Made by a program: the position numbers and the translations under genes. This document shows, piece by piece, positions 16,294 through 36,200 of a DNA stretch of 64,000 bases. Position 1 is the stretch's first letter. Each line of letters opens with the position of its first letter. The stretch lies in assembly GCF_009914755.1 (NCBI RefSeq), contig NC_060935.1; one strand, 5' to 3'. The notes beneath the pieces were generated by a model that saw only the letters and a list, made by a program, of their open reading frames with translations, was not told the origin of the DNA and searched no databases. Origin of the DNA: the human T2T-CHM13v2.0 reference genome, Homo sapiens.

Positions 16294-16878
16294 AGGGATG
16301 GAGGGGTGGGAGTTTTATAGACAAAGAAATACATAAGCAAACAGATAAGCAAAAGCACGTCCTCAGTAATTCCATGTTGCTTTATCTGTATTCATGATCA
16401 TGTTTACAAATCCATTCTGGAATTCTGCTGACTACTGATATTTGCAATTTTTGGCATTACTTCTCATCCACCTTAGAAAACCTGGAGAACATTTTTTCTA
16501 TCTTTAATCTTCATATACATGCTTAATGAATTCTGATGATTATTAATGGAAATTTCATAACATCAATTTATTCACCAATATTTATTAGACCCTTGATATG
16601 TTCAAGACCCTGTAGCTGGTGCTGTCGGAGTCACTAAGATGAACTATATAAATAACTACTCTATGTGTACGAATAACTACCCTACAAAGCAGAAAGCTAT
16701 CAAGTGCCTTAAGGGAGTTGAAACTGTATTTGCTACAGGAGGGCTGAGAGAAGACAGAACATCTACGATTTTTTTTCTTTTCAATTCTCTTCCTACAACT
16801 AATTCATCCGACCTTGGAAGTTTGGTCTTACTAAAAAAAAAAGTTAGCTGTTCTTTTACAACCTCCTCTTCAAGATTA

Positions 16879-17451
<573 letters not shown>

Positions 17452-18045
17452 TCAGATCTCTAAAGCAGTAGATCTTGGATCTGAACATTGCTATTTCTGA
17501 CCTTAAAGCCCATGCATTTCCCACAACATATGAACCATGATAAGGTGTATTTTAAAGTTCATCTTTTCTGTTTTTTGTGAAAGTCTTTTAGAGATCTCAG
17601 CTCATCACAAAGTTTCCGGTTCAGTCTCGTGGGTTTCATGTACTCAGCCAGCATTTACTTGCCAGTCAAGGTCTAGGATGGCTACCTGTCCTCTGCAGGA
17701 GCCCCAAGCCTATTCATTAATTTCATTTACAATTTTATAGTCATAATTATTTCTTTGTATAATAGCATTCTGAGATTTTCCAAAATTTCCCACTGTTTTT
17801 GTTTTACAGTGGGCAGAATTCACTTTGCTCTAACTTGACTCCAAGATGACACAATTTCCCAGTTTTTTTTTTAACGGCTGGGGGATGGGGGTATGCGGAA
17901 CAGAACACAGTGGTCTAGCTAACCGATTTCCGCTAGACGTCCAGCTATCTTTCAAAATATTTTGTTTCTGCATGGCAACTTCAGCCGCTAAAAAAGCATC
18001 CAGCTTACAACGGAACCTGGAGGGTTGGTAAAGGCCCCCTGCGCT

Positions 18046-18128
18046 GGCCCCGCCCCATGGGACCGGGCGGCGTGGGCGTGAGAGGCGGGGCGGGGCCGCG
18101 CTCTGCTTGCCAATGTCTTTATAGGTCA
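18046..18128 (+). promoter_or_regulatory. FDX1 core promoter: GC boxes, CCAAT and TATA-like element
   Basis: GGCCCCGCCCC (18046-18056), GGGCGG (18065-18070), GGCGGGGCGGGGC (18084-18096), CCAAT (18110-18114) and TTTATA (18118-18123), about 190 nt upstream of the ATG. Confidence 0.75.
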
Positions 18129-18311
18129 CCCGGAAGGCACGCGGAACCTCGGCGCGGTGCTTCCAGCAGGGTCTCTCCGCCACTCCAGCCCCGCGCCCCT
18201 CGCCGCGGCCCTCGGGCGTCTGCGCCGCAGCTGCCGCCCCCGCCTCTTTGGAGTCTCTCGCGGCCTCAAAGCGCGGCCTGCGTCGCTTCCGGCAGTTCCC
18301 GACCGCGGGCG

Positions 18312-18496
18312 ATGGCTGCCGCTGGGGGCGCCCGGCTGCTGCGCGCCGCTTCTGCTGTCCTCGGCGGCCCGGCCGGCCGGTGGCTGCACCACGCTGGGTC
18401 CCGCGCTGGATCCAGCGGCCTGCTGAGGAACCGGGGGCCGGGCGGGAGCGCGGAGGCGAGCCGGTCGCTGAGCGTGTCGGCGCGGGCCCGGAGCAG
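18312..18496 (+). CDS. FDX1: Ferredoxin 1 (adrenodoxin) exon 1: mitochondrial targeting presequence
   Basis: [61 protein letters not shown]; Kozak GCGATGG; donor AG|GTAGGG (phase 2). Confidence 0.98.
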
Positions 18497-19119
18497 GTAG
18501 GGCGCCGTGCGGGCGCGATCGCCGGCGCGGGCCGGGGTCCCCGGTGGGTGGCGCCTGGCTCTCTGGGCCGAGTCTCTGGTTCCAGTGCCTTCTGCGCGCC
18601 GGGCCCACACCCCGGAGGCCTGCCTCTCGCCCCCCTCTTCTGGGGTGCTCTCGCGGCTCCGTCTCGCTGCTCGGTGGCGTCGCTGCCTCCCTTCCGTCGC
18701 ACCGCAGAGTTCCTTTCCGCATCACCCACTCCCGGCGGGAATCGGGGACCCTGGACGCCCAGCTCCCTTTCCCAGCGCTTCCCGTGCCCTGAGGAAAGCC
18801 GGGACTTTGCTGCTGCTTGTTCTCCGTGTGATTTGTCTGGGATCTGACCTTTGCTCTGCCCGAAACTGGCAGTGACCTTCGCGACAGGCTTCCCTCCTGC
18901 TGTCCTGGCCTGACACACCTGCCAGCTGTTTTTTTCAGGGCCTTGCCCTGCTTTGAGAGGACACCCAGGTCCCAGGTCTTTGTCAGGGGGTGTCCAGGTA
19001 GAATACACCCAGCCCATACCCTCTGCTGCCCTGTAGGCCCTTTGCTAGTTGCTCAAGTGTTGAAAGCCCCTGCGTTGAAGTAATCTGCCGGGACTTGAAA
19101 CTTGGCTTTGGCACTGATT

Positions 19120-19290
19120 GTCTGACGTGCCTAACTTGGTCAGTCCTTAGGAACCCAGTTTCTCCATTTGCAAGTTGGATATAATAACAGTGTAGACCTC
19201 CTATGGTTAATTGAAGAATCAATGAGTTAATACAGCGATACAGGTAGTCTTGTGCCTAGCACGTAATGAGGGCTCAGTAGATGCCACTTG
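19120..19290 (+). mobile_element. MIR SINE
   Basis: CAGTTTCTCCATTTGCAAGTTGGATATAATAACAG...GTGCCTAGCACGTAATGAGGGCTCAGTAGATG matches the MIR core and tail. Confidence 0.65.
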
Positions 19291-19292
19291 GT

Positions 19293-19319
19293 AGCAGCAG
19301 CAGCAGCAGCAGCAGCAGC
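19293..19319. repeat. (AGC)9 / (CAG)8 trinucleotide repeat in intron 1
   Basis: Read directly from the sequence. Confidence 0.95.
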
Positions 19320-20094
19320 TTCTTAGGTTCACAATGTTAAGAGAGTTTTGTATTAAATATTGAAAGAAATGTGACAATTTATCCCAAATGTGTTGAAGTT
19401 TTAGGTTCTTGGGCATATTTGTTTTTCAAAGACACTCCTTAGATATACTAGAGATACAATTTACACATAATTTTTACCAACATGGTGGCGATTTATATAA
19501 TGCAGATCTCTCGACAGCTCTTTGACCGCATGATGTAGGGTAGCAGGAATCGAGAACTAGAGGGAGAGTGTGTTGGATTTGTACGCTGCTTTGTCTAGTT
19601 TCTTTTTGAGGTCTCTGAGAGCAGGGTCTAAGACTTTCAGTCATCTTTTCCCCACTAATCCCGTTATCTAGTGGGTGCTCCATACATTTTTGTTGTGTGA
19701 ACTTTGGGGGAAATCAGGGAGAAGGCAAGCCAGATTTATTTGTTCCTGTTTCCTCTGCACTTCCCCCCCTGTCTTTGACCAGTGTGGGTACCTTGCTTTC
19801 TGTTATACAATGGATGAGTTTTGGACAACTGAATAAATTGGGACAGATATTGAACATGCTTGTGTAACTGGTATAAGGGAACATGAATGTTTTTGTAGTA
19901 ATTGGGAGTTATCTTTCTCAGATTTGTTTTTTGGATTTGGATATGTCAGGTTGTTTTAAAGGGGAGCACGTCTATTTCCTCATAATCCTGCTGCCCTCTT
20001 TATTGGCACAATTTCTATTCATGGTCTTATCATTCCTCTTACAGACTTTGGAGCTACAACTGGATTTTCCAGTTCTTACTGTGTTAATGAGACT

Positions 20095-20312
20095 TGTGCT
20101 GTAACTACCGTAACTACTAATCACATGTGGCTATTGAAGTTTAACATAATTAAAGGTAAATAAAATTAAAGATTCAATCTCGTAGTTACACTAGCCACAT
20201 TTCGAGTTCTCAGTAGCCACATGTGGCTAGTGGCTACTGTATTGGACATTGCAAGTATGTGTAGAACATCTTTGTTATGGCACAAAGTTCTTATAGACAG
20301 ACAGAGCAGTTC
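20095..20312. mobile_element. hAT-Charlie MITE (MER3/MER33-like)
   Basis: TAGCCACATGTGGCTAGTGGCTACTGTATTGGACA palindromic core. Confidence 0.75.
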
Positions 20313-20648
20313 TAGAAACTGTAGTTCTGTCTTTGAAGTTTAACAACTCGATAAGCTATCAGTAATTGAGAGTCAGAAAAACTCCTTTTACTCTAAAATA
20401 CCGTGACACAAGGGGGTTTGCAGTGATTCAGGTAGCAAAGATCTTTCACGTGTATTGTTTCGTATGACTCTTAAGACAATTCTATGAGGTAGGGAGGGTA
20501 GATAAATGGGAATAAAAATTTCATATTAAGTAGCTGGCAAAACTAGGACTAGAACTCAAGAAGTTTTTGCGGATTTTAAAAAAATTTTAAATTTCTATTT
20601 ATTTTTAAAATTTCAGTAGTTTTGGGGGCACAGGTGGTGTTTGGTTAA

Positions 20649-20966
<318 letters not shown>

Positions 20967-22456
20967 TGACTCTTAGGTTCCATACTCTTTCAACTTAAGA
21001 ATTACATTTTTCTTTCGTTTCCGCCTCCTCTCCTCTTCTTTGGTAAACCTGTTAATACTCTTACTTGGCAGTTTTTTGTAGGGCTGTTTACCTTTAATAC
21101 AGACCAACAGGTTGGGCTTCTTAGCAAAAGGGCTTGGTCTTTAAATAACAGTTATTAATCAGTGTGTGTTGAATTCTACTATGTGTTACGTATTTTGCAT
21201 ACATTGTCAGAACTATAAGATTAATGTTGTCCAATTTTATAGAAGAGGAGGCTGATGTAAGAGATTTCGAATTCCTTTGCTGTAAGCTTAGCTCTAGAGT
21301 GCTTCAGAAGAACAGCAACGCTGAAACCTCTGGCTTTCAGTAGTGTGTATAAATGATGGAATTCTTTCTAATGTGCTTCCTGTAGCTTTAGCTACCAGGC
21401 ATTCGTTGATGTCAAATCTCTAGACTTCTCTGCTGGGCTCAGACCCATACCCATATTGCCATCTGGTGTTTGGACATTCTCATCTGGCTTTTTCATTATT
21501 AAATTCAGCAGGTCTAAGCTTCAACTTATTTCTGTCTTCCCCAAAGTTCCTTTGGTTCCTGTCTTAAACCTAGGTTAAATGGTACCACCTAATTGTGTGA
21601 GCTGGAAATCCCAATGTTTTTCTTTCCGCTTTTCAGTTTATCTTATGTAGATGGTCACTAAAACCTTTTGGTCTACCTCCTGGATGTCTGTTAAGTCACT
21701 GCATTCTCTGTCCCTGATTAGTTTATGCTGTTTTGATAACCTCCAAAGTGGCCTCCCTGCCTCTAGGGTATTTTCATTCTCAGCCATTGTACTTTGAAAA
21801 AAATGGCAGTTATTCATGTTGAAAATTATGAATAATATGTGGGAATACTAGTTTTAAAGCATGTTTTGGCTGTGAAAAGAAGTTGGAGAGCGCAGGCCCT
21901 TTTGAGGAACATTCTGGTACACACACACACCCTTTTGATGAGTTTTAATGAATAGAATCCTGTTTTTTTTCCCAGTGTTATAATATTAGGGAGGGCATTA
22001 TCCCAGTGGGGCTTCAGTTGCCTCATTTGTGAAATGGGATCACTGGACTTGATAACTTTCGAGATAGTTATGGCTCTGAAATTATTTAATTCTGAGTTTT
22101 ACTTAAAGATTTGTTTGATGGGCTATTGCCATCTACTGGTAGTAATAAGAATAACAACTCATTATTTTAAGTTGAAGAGAATCTTTTCAAGTGTGAGGTA
22201 AAAATTAAAATGACCAATGGTGGAGGAATAAGGATCTAGTTTTTAGTATAATGGCTTCTCAAATTTTGGAGGGATGTTTGTGAGAAGTGAAGGAAATTTA
22301 AGTCAGCTAGCTGATAGTTAACATACTATCTTAAAAAAACATGTAAGGAGGTATTTATCTTACAGATTCAAACAAATAAACTTTTTCTAGTCCCTTTGAT
22401 TTGTAAGTATACAATGTGGACTGAAATGAGATGTCAAATACGCAGAAAACTACTAA

Positions 22457-22813
<357 letters not shown>

Positions 22814-22896
22814 TGATTTGCTTTTTAGAAGCTCACTACAACCCTGGTCTAGTCTTTTATGGACACATTCATGTTTTTCAGAGAGCTGTGTGATGA

Positions 22897-23532
<636 letters not shown>

Positions 23533-23748
23533 TGTATGAGAGTAAAATAGAGTTCATGAGTGATAATAATTGCCAAATGTTTTATAACTGTGACTATTAG
23601 GGAGACATATACTGAGGCCACCAGGTGGCGTTGACCAGGTAGTCATTGCCATTTCCTGTAAGGTAGTAGAGCTTATTACCTGGTAGGTGGGTAGATATAT
23701 ATGCCTTTGATTTCCAAATAAGCTTTGGAAAGAAAAGAAAATACCTTC

Positions 23749-23937
23749 GGCTAGGCATGGTGGCTCAGGCCTGTAATCTCAGAGTTTCAGGAGGCCAAGT
23801 TGAGAAGATGGCTTGAGGCCAGGAATTTGAGACCAGCTTGAGCAACATGGTGGCACCCCGTCACTACAAAAAATAAAAATAAAAAAAATTAGCCAGGCGT
23901 GGTGCTGGGCACCTGTATTCCCATCTACTCTGGAGGC
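23749..23937 (+). mobile_element. Sense AluJ-like fragment, 3'-truncated, ending ~80 nt upstream of exon 2
   Basis: GGCTAGGCATGGTGGCTCAGGCCTGTAATC...AAATTAGCCAGGCGTGGTG...CTACTCTGGAGGC. Confidence 0.88.
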
Positions 23938-24016
23938 CTTATAGGCTTTTAAACCAATTATTTTAAATTATGTTTTGAAATTACTAAAAATACTAAAGGA
24001 CTGTTTTTTTTTCCAG

Positions 24017-24141
24017 CTCAGAAGATAAAATAACAGTCCACTTTATAAACCGTGATGGTGAAACATTAACAACCAAAGGAAAAGTTGGTGATTCTCTGCT
24101 AGATGTTGTGGTTGAAAATAATCTAGATATTGATGGCTTTG
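24017..24141 (+). CDS. FDX1: FDX1 exon 2
   Basis: Acceptor TTTTTTTTTCCAG|C; encodes (S)[41 protein letters not shown](G); donor G|GTGAGT. Confidence 0.98.
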
Positions 24142-24679
24142 GTGAGTATGAAACATTTCTTAAAATGCATAAGTGAAACTGTTAGGTTTCAAATTTTTAT
24201 TTTGTGGTTTTTTTTTTTGAAGAAGTTTAACCTATAGCATGCTATGTAAAATATTAACATTCAGGATGTGTTAGTGTTATATTCTTGTTTATAAAGAATA
24301 ATAGAGTGACACCATTGTTCTGTTCTTTGTACATTTAAATAAGTCATGGCCAGAAATCTGCTGTGGCCTCATTACCTTACTGTTTATATGTGTGATACAA
24401 AGCCGACGGTAGGGAGTAGAGTTAAAAGATACCAGGTTAGAGAGAATAAATGTCATAGCACAGAGGGGTACTTAAATATCTTGAATGTCAGCTCACCTTC
24501 CTAGGAAAGGTAACTTATCCTAGAAAGTGATTTATTTAGAAAGTTTTCATTTTTAGACTTCTGACCATATGCCTTAACTACACGTGCAAAGCCTGTGTTC
24601 CTGCAACTGCCCTTTTACACTTCCTCAGGCGTACCCTGTATATGACCTGTCAGTTTTGTTCAAGCAATGCATGTTTAGA

Positions 24680-24885
24680 TTAGCAGTTCTCAGAGGGTTT
24701 CCTTGACCGTTAGCATTAGTGTCACCTGGGAAATGCAGATTCTCAGACACTCCTCCCCCACCCACCGCCCCCACCCCCGCCCCAGACTTACTGAGTCACA
24801 AAGTCTGGGGTAGGTCCAGCATTGCATGTTGTAACAGCTGTCTGTGTGATTTTGATGCATGTTCAAGTTTGAGAACCACTGGTCT
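24680..24885. mobile_element. MER5A-like DNA transposon fossil
   Basis: CAGTTCTCA...GGGAAATGCAGATTCTCAG...AAGTTTGAGAACCACTG. Confidence 0.75.
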
Positions 24886-25189
24886 GGAATAAGGTTCAAG
24901 GAGCGTATCTGACTCTGCTTCTTTCAAGGCACTGTTCACATTATCCTTTAAAGAACCATTTCTAGATCAGAATTAATTTATCTCTCTTCTGTTTTCCCAT
25001 GATATATTAAATCTACCTCTCTTTGTTAATGCTTATAACAGTTTTCCTTTTTAGAGAGAATGGCTATCTTTCTTATTAGATTATTAGTTTTTGAAAGACT
25101 GTACTCCATGAGGTTACCTGAGTCACCTCATGGAGTAGGCTTTGTCCAGAGTTGGCACTCAATAATATTTGCTGAATATCTTTTTAAAA

Positions 25190-25477
<288 letters not shown>

Positions 25478-25694
25478 TGAATACTGAATCTAAGTATTTT
25501 TTGCTAGTTTTAAAATAATTATAACAACTAGAATTTGAGTGTATACTATATTCTAGCATATGTTAAATGAAGTAGATTTTTTTTTTAACTCTCCATTTGA
25601 TAGTTGAAGAAACTTGAGTCTCATGGAAATTAAGTTTCCCTGGTTATACATGCAGCAAGTGAGAGGGCTAAGACTCAAACCTGTCTTGAAGTCA

Positions 25695-28680
<2,986 letters not shown>

Positions 28681-29077
28681 TATGGTGGAGCCACTTTAGC
28701 TGGTAGAAATATTTTCTGATCTTTGACAGAATGGGTAAACCATGCTATTGTTTGTGTGCATTGGAAGTTGTGGCTGTTGTGCTGTTGAAAAAATTTAAAT
28801 CTTAATATCTCATAACAGTGTTAACTAAACTTTCATTTAGTGATGGTGTGGTACTGAAATATGTCCCAAATCAATAACATTGGAATGGATGCTAAACATG
28901 ATCTAACACAAAAAAAGGCTAAACAATCAGCCTGACGTTTGGTGCTGTTAATTTAGGTGTAGATACTGTAAAGACAAAAGTACTTAGAAAATAGGATTTT
29001 AAAAAGACATTACGGTAGGAATATTTTTAAGCTCACAAAAAAATCACTTGGTGAAGGGTAATGGAAAACAATACTGG

Positions 29078-31351
29078 TGGTCTGGCTGTGTCCACACCCA
29101 AATCTCATCTTGAATTCCCACCTGTTATAGGAGGGACCCAGTGGGAGGTAATTGAATCCTGGGGGCAGGTCTTTCTTATGCTGTTCTTGTGACAGTGAAT
29201 AAATCTCACAAGATCTGACAATTTTATAAGAGGGAGTTTCCCTGCACAAGCTCTCTGCATGCCTGCTGCCATCCATGTAAGATATGACTTGCTTCTTCTT
29301 GCCTTCTGCCAGTATTGTGAGGCTTCCTCAGCCACATGGAACTGTAAGTCCATTAAACACTTTTTCCTGTATAAATTACCCAGTTTCGGATATGTCTTTG
29401 TCAGCAGTGTGAAAATGGACTAATAAAGCAAATTGGTACGAGGAGTAGGGTGCTGCTGAAAAGATACCCCAAATGTGGAAGCAACTTTGGAACCAGGTAA
29501 CAGGCAGACATTGGAACAGTTTGGAGGGCTCAGGAGAAGATAGGAAAATATGGGAAAGTTTGGAACTCCCTAGAGACTTGTGGAATGGCTTTGGCCAAAA
29601 TGCTGATAATGATATGGACAATGAAATTCAGGCTGAGGTGGTCTCAGATGGAGACGAGGAACTTGTTGGGAATTGGAGTAAAGGTGACTCTTGCTATGTT
29701 TTAGCAAAGAGACTAGCGCATTTTGCCCCTGCCCTAGAGATTTGTGGAACTTTGAACTTAAGAGATGATACTTAGGGTATCTGGCAGAAGAAATTTCTAA
29801 GCAGCAAATCATTCAAGAGGTGACTTGGGTGCTGTTAAAGGCATTCAGTTTTAAAAGGAAACAGCATAAAAAAGTTTGGAAAATTTGCAGCCTGACAACG
29901 TGATAGAAAAGAAAACCCCATTTTCTGGGGAAAAATTCAAGCTGGCTGCAGAAATTTGGGTAAGGAATGAGGAGCTGAAAGTTAATCCCTGAGATACTGG
30001 GGAAAATGTCTCCAGGGCATGTCAGAGATCTTCATGGCAGCCCCTCCCATCACAGGCCTGGAAGCCTAGGAGGAAAAAGTGGTTTTGTGGGCTGGGCCCA
30101 GGGCCCCCTTGCTGTGTACAGCCTAGGGACTTGGTGCTCTGTGTCCCAGCTGTCCCAGCTGTGGCTGAAAGGGGCCAATGTAGAGCTAGGGCCGTGGCTT
30201 CAGAGTGTGCAAACCTCAAGCCTTGGCAGCTTCCATGTGGTATTGAGCCTGCTAGTGTACAGAAGTCAAGAACTGGGGCTTGGGAACCTCTGCCTAGATT
30301 TCAGAGGATGTATGGAAATGCCTAGATGTTCCAGGCAGTAGTTTTTTGCAGGGCAGGGCTCTCATGGAGAACTTCTGCTAGGGCAGTGCAGAAGGGAAAT
30401 GTGGGGTTGGAGCCCCCACACAGAGTCCCTATTGGGGCACCGCCTAGTGGAGCTGTGCGAAGAGGGCCACTGCCCTCCAAACCTCAGAATGGTAGATCCA
30501 CTGACAGCTTGCATGATATGCCTGGAAAAGCCACAGACACTCAATGCCAGCCCATGAAAGCAGCCAGGAGGGAGGCTGTATCCTGCAAAGCCACAGGGGT
30601 GGAGCTGCCCAAGACCATGGGAACCCAGCTCTTGCATCAGTGTGACCTGGATGTGAGACATGTAGTCAAAGGAGATCATTTTGGAGCTTTAAGATTTGAC
30701 TGCCCTGCTGGATTTTGGACTTGCATGGGGTCTGTAGCCCCTTTGTTTTGACCGATTTCTCCCATTTGGAATAGCTATATTTACCCAATGCCTGTACCCC
30801 CATTGTATCTAGGAAGTAACTAACTTGCTTTTGATTTTACAGGCTCATAGGCAGAAGGGACTTGCCTTATCTTGGATGAGACTTTGGACTGTGGACTTTT
30901 GAATTAATGCTGAAAAGAGTTAAGACTGTTGGAAAGGCATGATTGGTTTTGAAATGTGAGGACATGAGATTTGGGAGGGACCAGGGGCAGAATGATATGG
31001 TCTAGCCATGTCCCCTCCTATCCAGACCTCATCTTGAATTCCCACGGGTTGTGGGAGGGACCCAGTGGTAGGTAATTGAATCTTGGGGGCAGGTCTTTCC
31101 CATGCTGTTCTCCTGACAGTGAATAAGACTCACAATATCTGACAGTTTTATAAGGGGAGGGGGGTTCCCTGCACAAGCTCTCTGCCTGACGCCATCCATG
31201 TAAGATGTGACTTGTTCCTCGTTGCCTTCTGCCAGGATTGTGAGGCTTCCCCAGCCATTGTGGAACTGTAAGTTCATTAAACCCTTTTTCCTGTATAAAT
31301 TACCCAGTTTCAGGTATGTCTTTATCAGCAGCATGAAAATGGACTAATACA
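29078..31351 (+). mobile_element. Full-length THE1 (THE1C-like) MaLR: LTR - internal - LTR
   Basis: LTRs ~29078-29427 and 30993-31351 (TGATATGG...AAATGGACTAATACA), ~1.56 kb THE1-int, PPT GGGAGGGACCAGGGGCAGAA, probable 5-bp TSD ACTGG/ATTGG. Confidence 0.93.
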
Positions 31352-31620
31352 ATTGGTTACATAGTTGAAGACACAAAACTGTGGCAGTGTACCTCAGTCT
31401 GCAATGGCTGATGTTTATGGGTGCTGAAAATTCATCTTTACCCCTGCCCTGCCCCGCTACCTTTTTTTTTTCTGTAGGAAAATGTCTCAAGTTTTAAATT
31501 ATGTAAAGCTTTCAGCACTAGCATCTTTTGTATAAAAAAAGATGATTGGATTTAGATTATCTTCCCTCCCCACCACATCATTTAACATGCCGTCTGTTGT
31601 TTTTTGACTTAATAATATCC

Positions 31621-31932
<312 letters not shown>

Positions 31933-32481
31933 TAATGCCCTTTCTGATTGGTGTGAGATGGTATCTCATTGTGGTTTTGATTTGCATTTCTCTGATGATT
32001 AGTGATGTGGAGCATTTTTTTCATGTTTGTTGGCTGCTTGTATGGCTTTTTTTGAGAAGTGTCTGTTCATGTCCTTTGCCTATTTTTTTAATGAGGTTGT
32101 TTTTTGCTTATTGATTTAAGTTCCCTATAGATTCTGGATATTAGACCTTTGTTAGATGCATAGTTGGTGAATATTTTCTCCCACTCTGTAGGTTGTCTGT
32201 TTACTTTGTTGATAGTTTTTTTTGCTGTCTAGAAGCTCTTTGTTTAATTAGATCCCACTTACCAATTTTTGCTTTTGTTGCAATTGCTTTTGGAGACTTA
32301 GCCAAAAATCCTTTGCCAATCCAATGTCTAGAAGAGTATTCCCTTGATTGTCTTTTTTATAGTTTGAGGTCTTAAATTTAAATCTTTGATCCATTTTGGG
32401 TTAATTTTTGTATATGGTGAAAGGTAGGGAGTCCAAGTTCAGACTTCTGCCTATGGCTAGCCAGGCATCCCAGCACCATTA

Positions 32482-33201
<720 letters not shown>

Positions 33202-34589
33202 ATTCTATATGAATTTTAGAATAGTTTTTTTATAATTCTGTGAAAAATGATGTTGGTAGTTTGATAGGAATAGTGTTGAATCTGTAAATTGCTTTGGGCA
33301 GTATTATTTGCTTATTTTTCTGATGAGGTATTGTTTATTTTTATAGGTTAGCAAAAGCTCTTTAAATGTCCTATTTGATAAAAATTGTGAAGATGAAAAT
33401 TTTAAACATTTATTTAAATGGCTTCCAACTGCTATTTTACATGAAGTTACATATTCTCAAAATAGTGTAAAATGCTTTTTGCATAAATAATTTGTGTGGA
33501 TTGCTTTATATTAATTTCTTCTAAATTAAAACATAAGTATTATGATCTTAATACTTGAAAGTATTCTTTTAAGTTTTTAAAAGTATTTTTTTCTTCATCA
33601 CTTGTGACTATATATTACAGTACAGTTTTTTTTAAACCGCAGGTGACAACTATTACAAGGTCATGAAATCAATTTAGTCACTCCCAACTAGCATTTTAAA
33701 GAAATCAAAAAGAACATATAAAAACATATCATCTTTTGCAAGGGTATTATCTTAGGAAATGTTTATTTAGCTATTTTACAAGTATATATGTACTGGGTCA
33801 TGATGTAAAATGAAATTCGTACTGTGAGTCACAGTTAAATAAAGTTTTTTCTGAAAGTCATTGGTTGGAATGGAAGAATGTCCTGCCTGGGCTTCTTTCC
33901 CAGCTGTATCCCTTTTTCAGCTTTGTGACCTTGGGTTGGGTATCTAACCTACTCATAACTCATCTTTTCATCTGTAAAGCAGGGATAATATTAATATCTA
34001 CCTCATAAAGTTGCTGTAAAGATCAAATGAGTAAATCCAAGCAAGTCCTAAATAAATATTAGCTAATATTGTTAACATAGGTATTAATACAGATTCATTG
34101 TTCATTATAGCAAATTTTAAAAATACATTTAAAAAGAATTTAACACTTCATATCATCACACAGAGATAAGCACTGAAATAATCTTTTTTCCGAATACCCA
34201 AGAAATATAGAAAATTTAATGTAAATTTAAAAATTCTGCTGGTATCATAGAAATTCGCGTATTCAGACTCAGAAGAAAAGCTTTAAAGATCAAGTATCCT
34301 GACATGTCCACAAATCTTTGTATTTAAAGATAAGCTTGAGATAAGTAAGCTAAACTAGATTCACCAAAGACAGAGTTAAGCCTAAGCTTCTTTCTAGAAT
34401 AAAGATGAGAGAAATGAAATCAGGAAGGGTGCAATGTTATCATTATAAAGAAGAGCTTATTACCACAACATTATGGGGGCAGCTGTTTCATTAATTCCTA
34501 AGGCTGAATGCAGGAGCCCATCTAAACACTGCATTTGTCATAAGTCATACAGATGAACACCGTACTCCAAACATGGCTGACCGAAGTAC

Positions 34590-36200
<1,611 letters not shown>

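Larger units (their letters stand above)
18030..18800. promoter_or_regulatory. CpG island over the FDX1 promoter, exon 1 and start of intron 1
   Basis: Very GC-rich with dense CpG compared with the AT-rich flanks. Confidence 0.92.

Noticed and set aside
17830-19017. 395-aa antisense ORF and other overlapping ORFs across the promoter
   Set aside because: Low-complexity R/G/P/A-rich translation, expected from stop-codon scarcity in a CpG island; no recognisable domain.
29473-30751. 100-141 aa ORFs in intron 2
   Set aside because: Fragments of the decayed THE1 internal ORF, not host exons.
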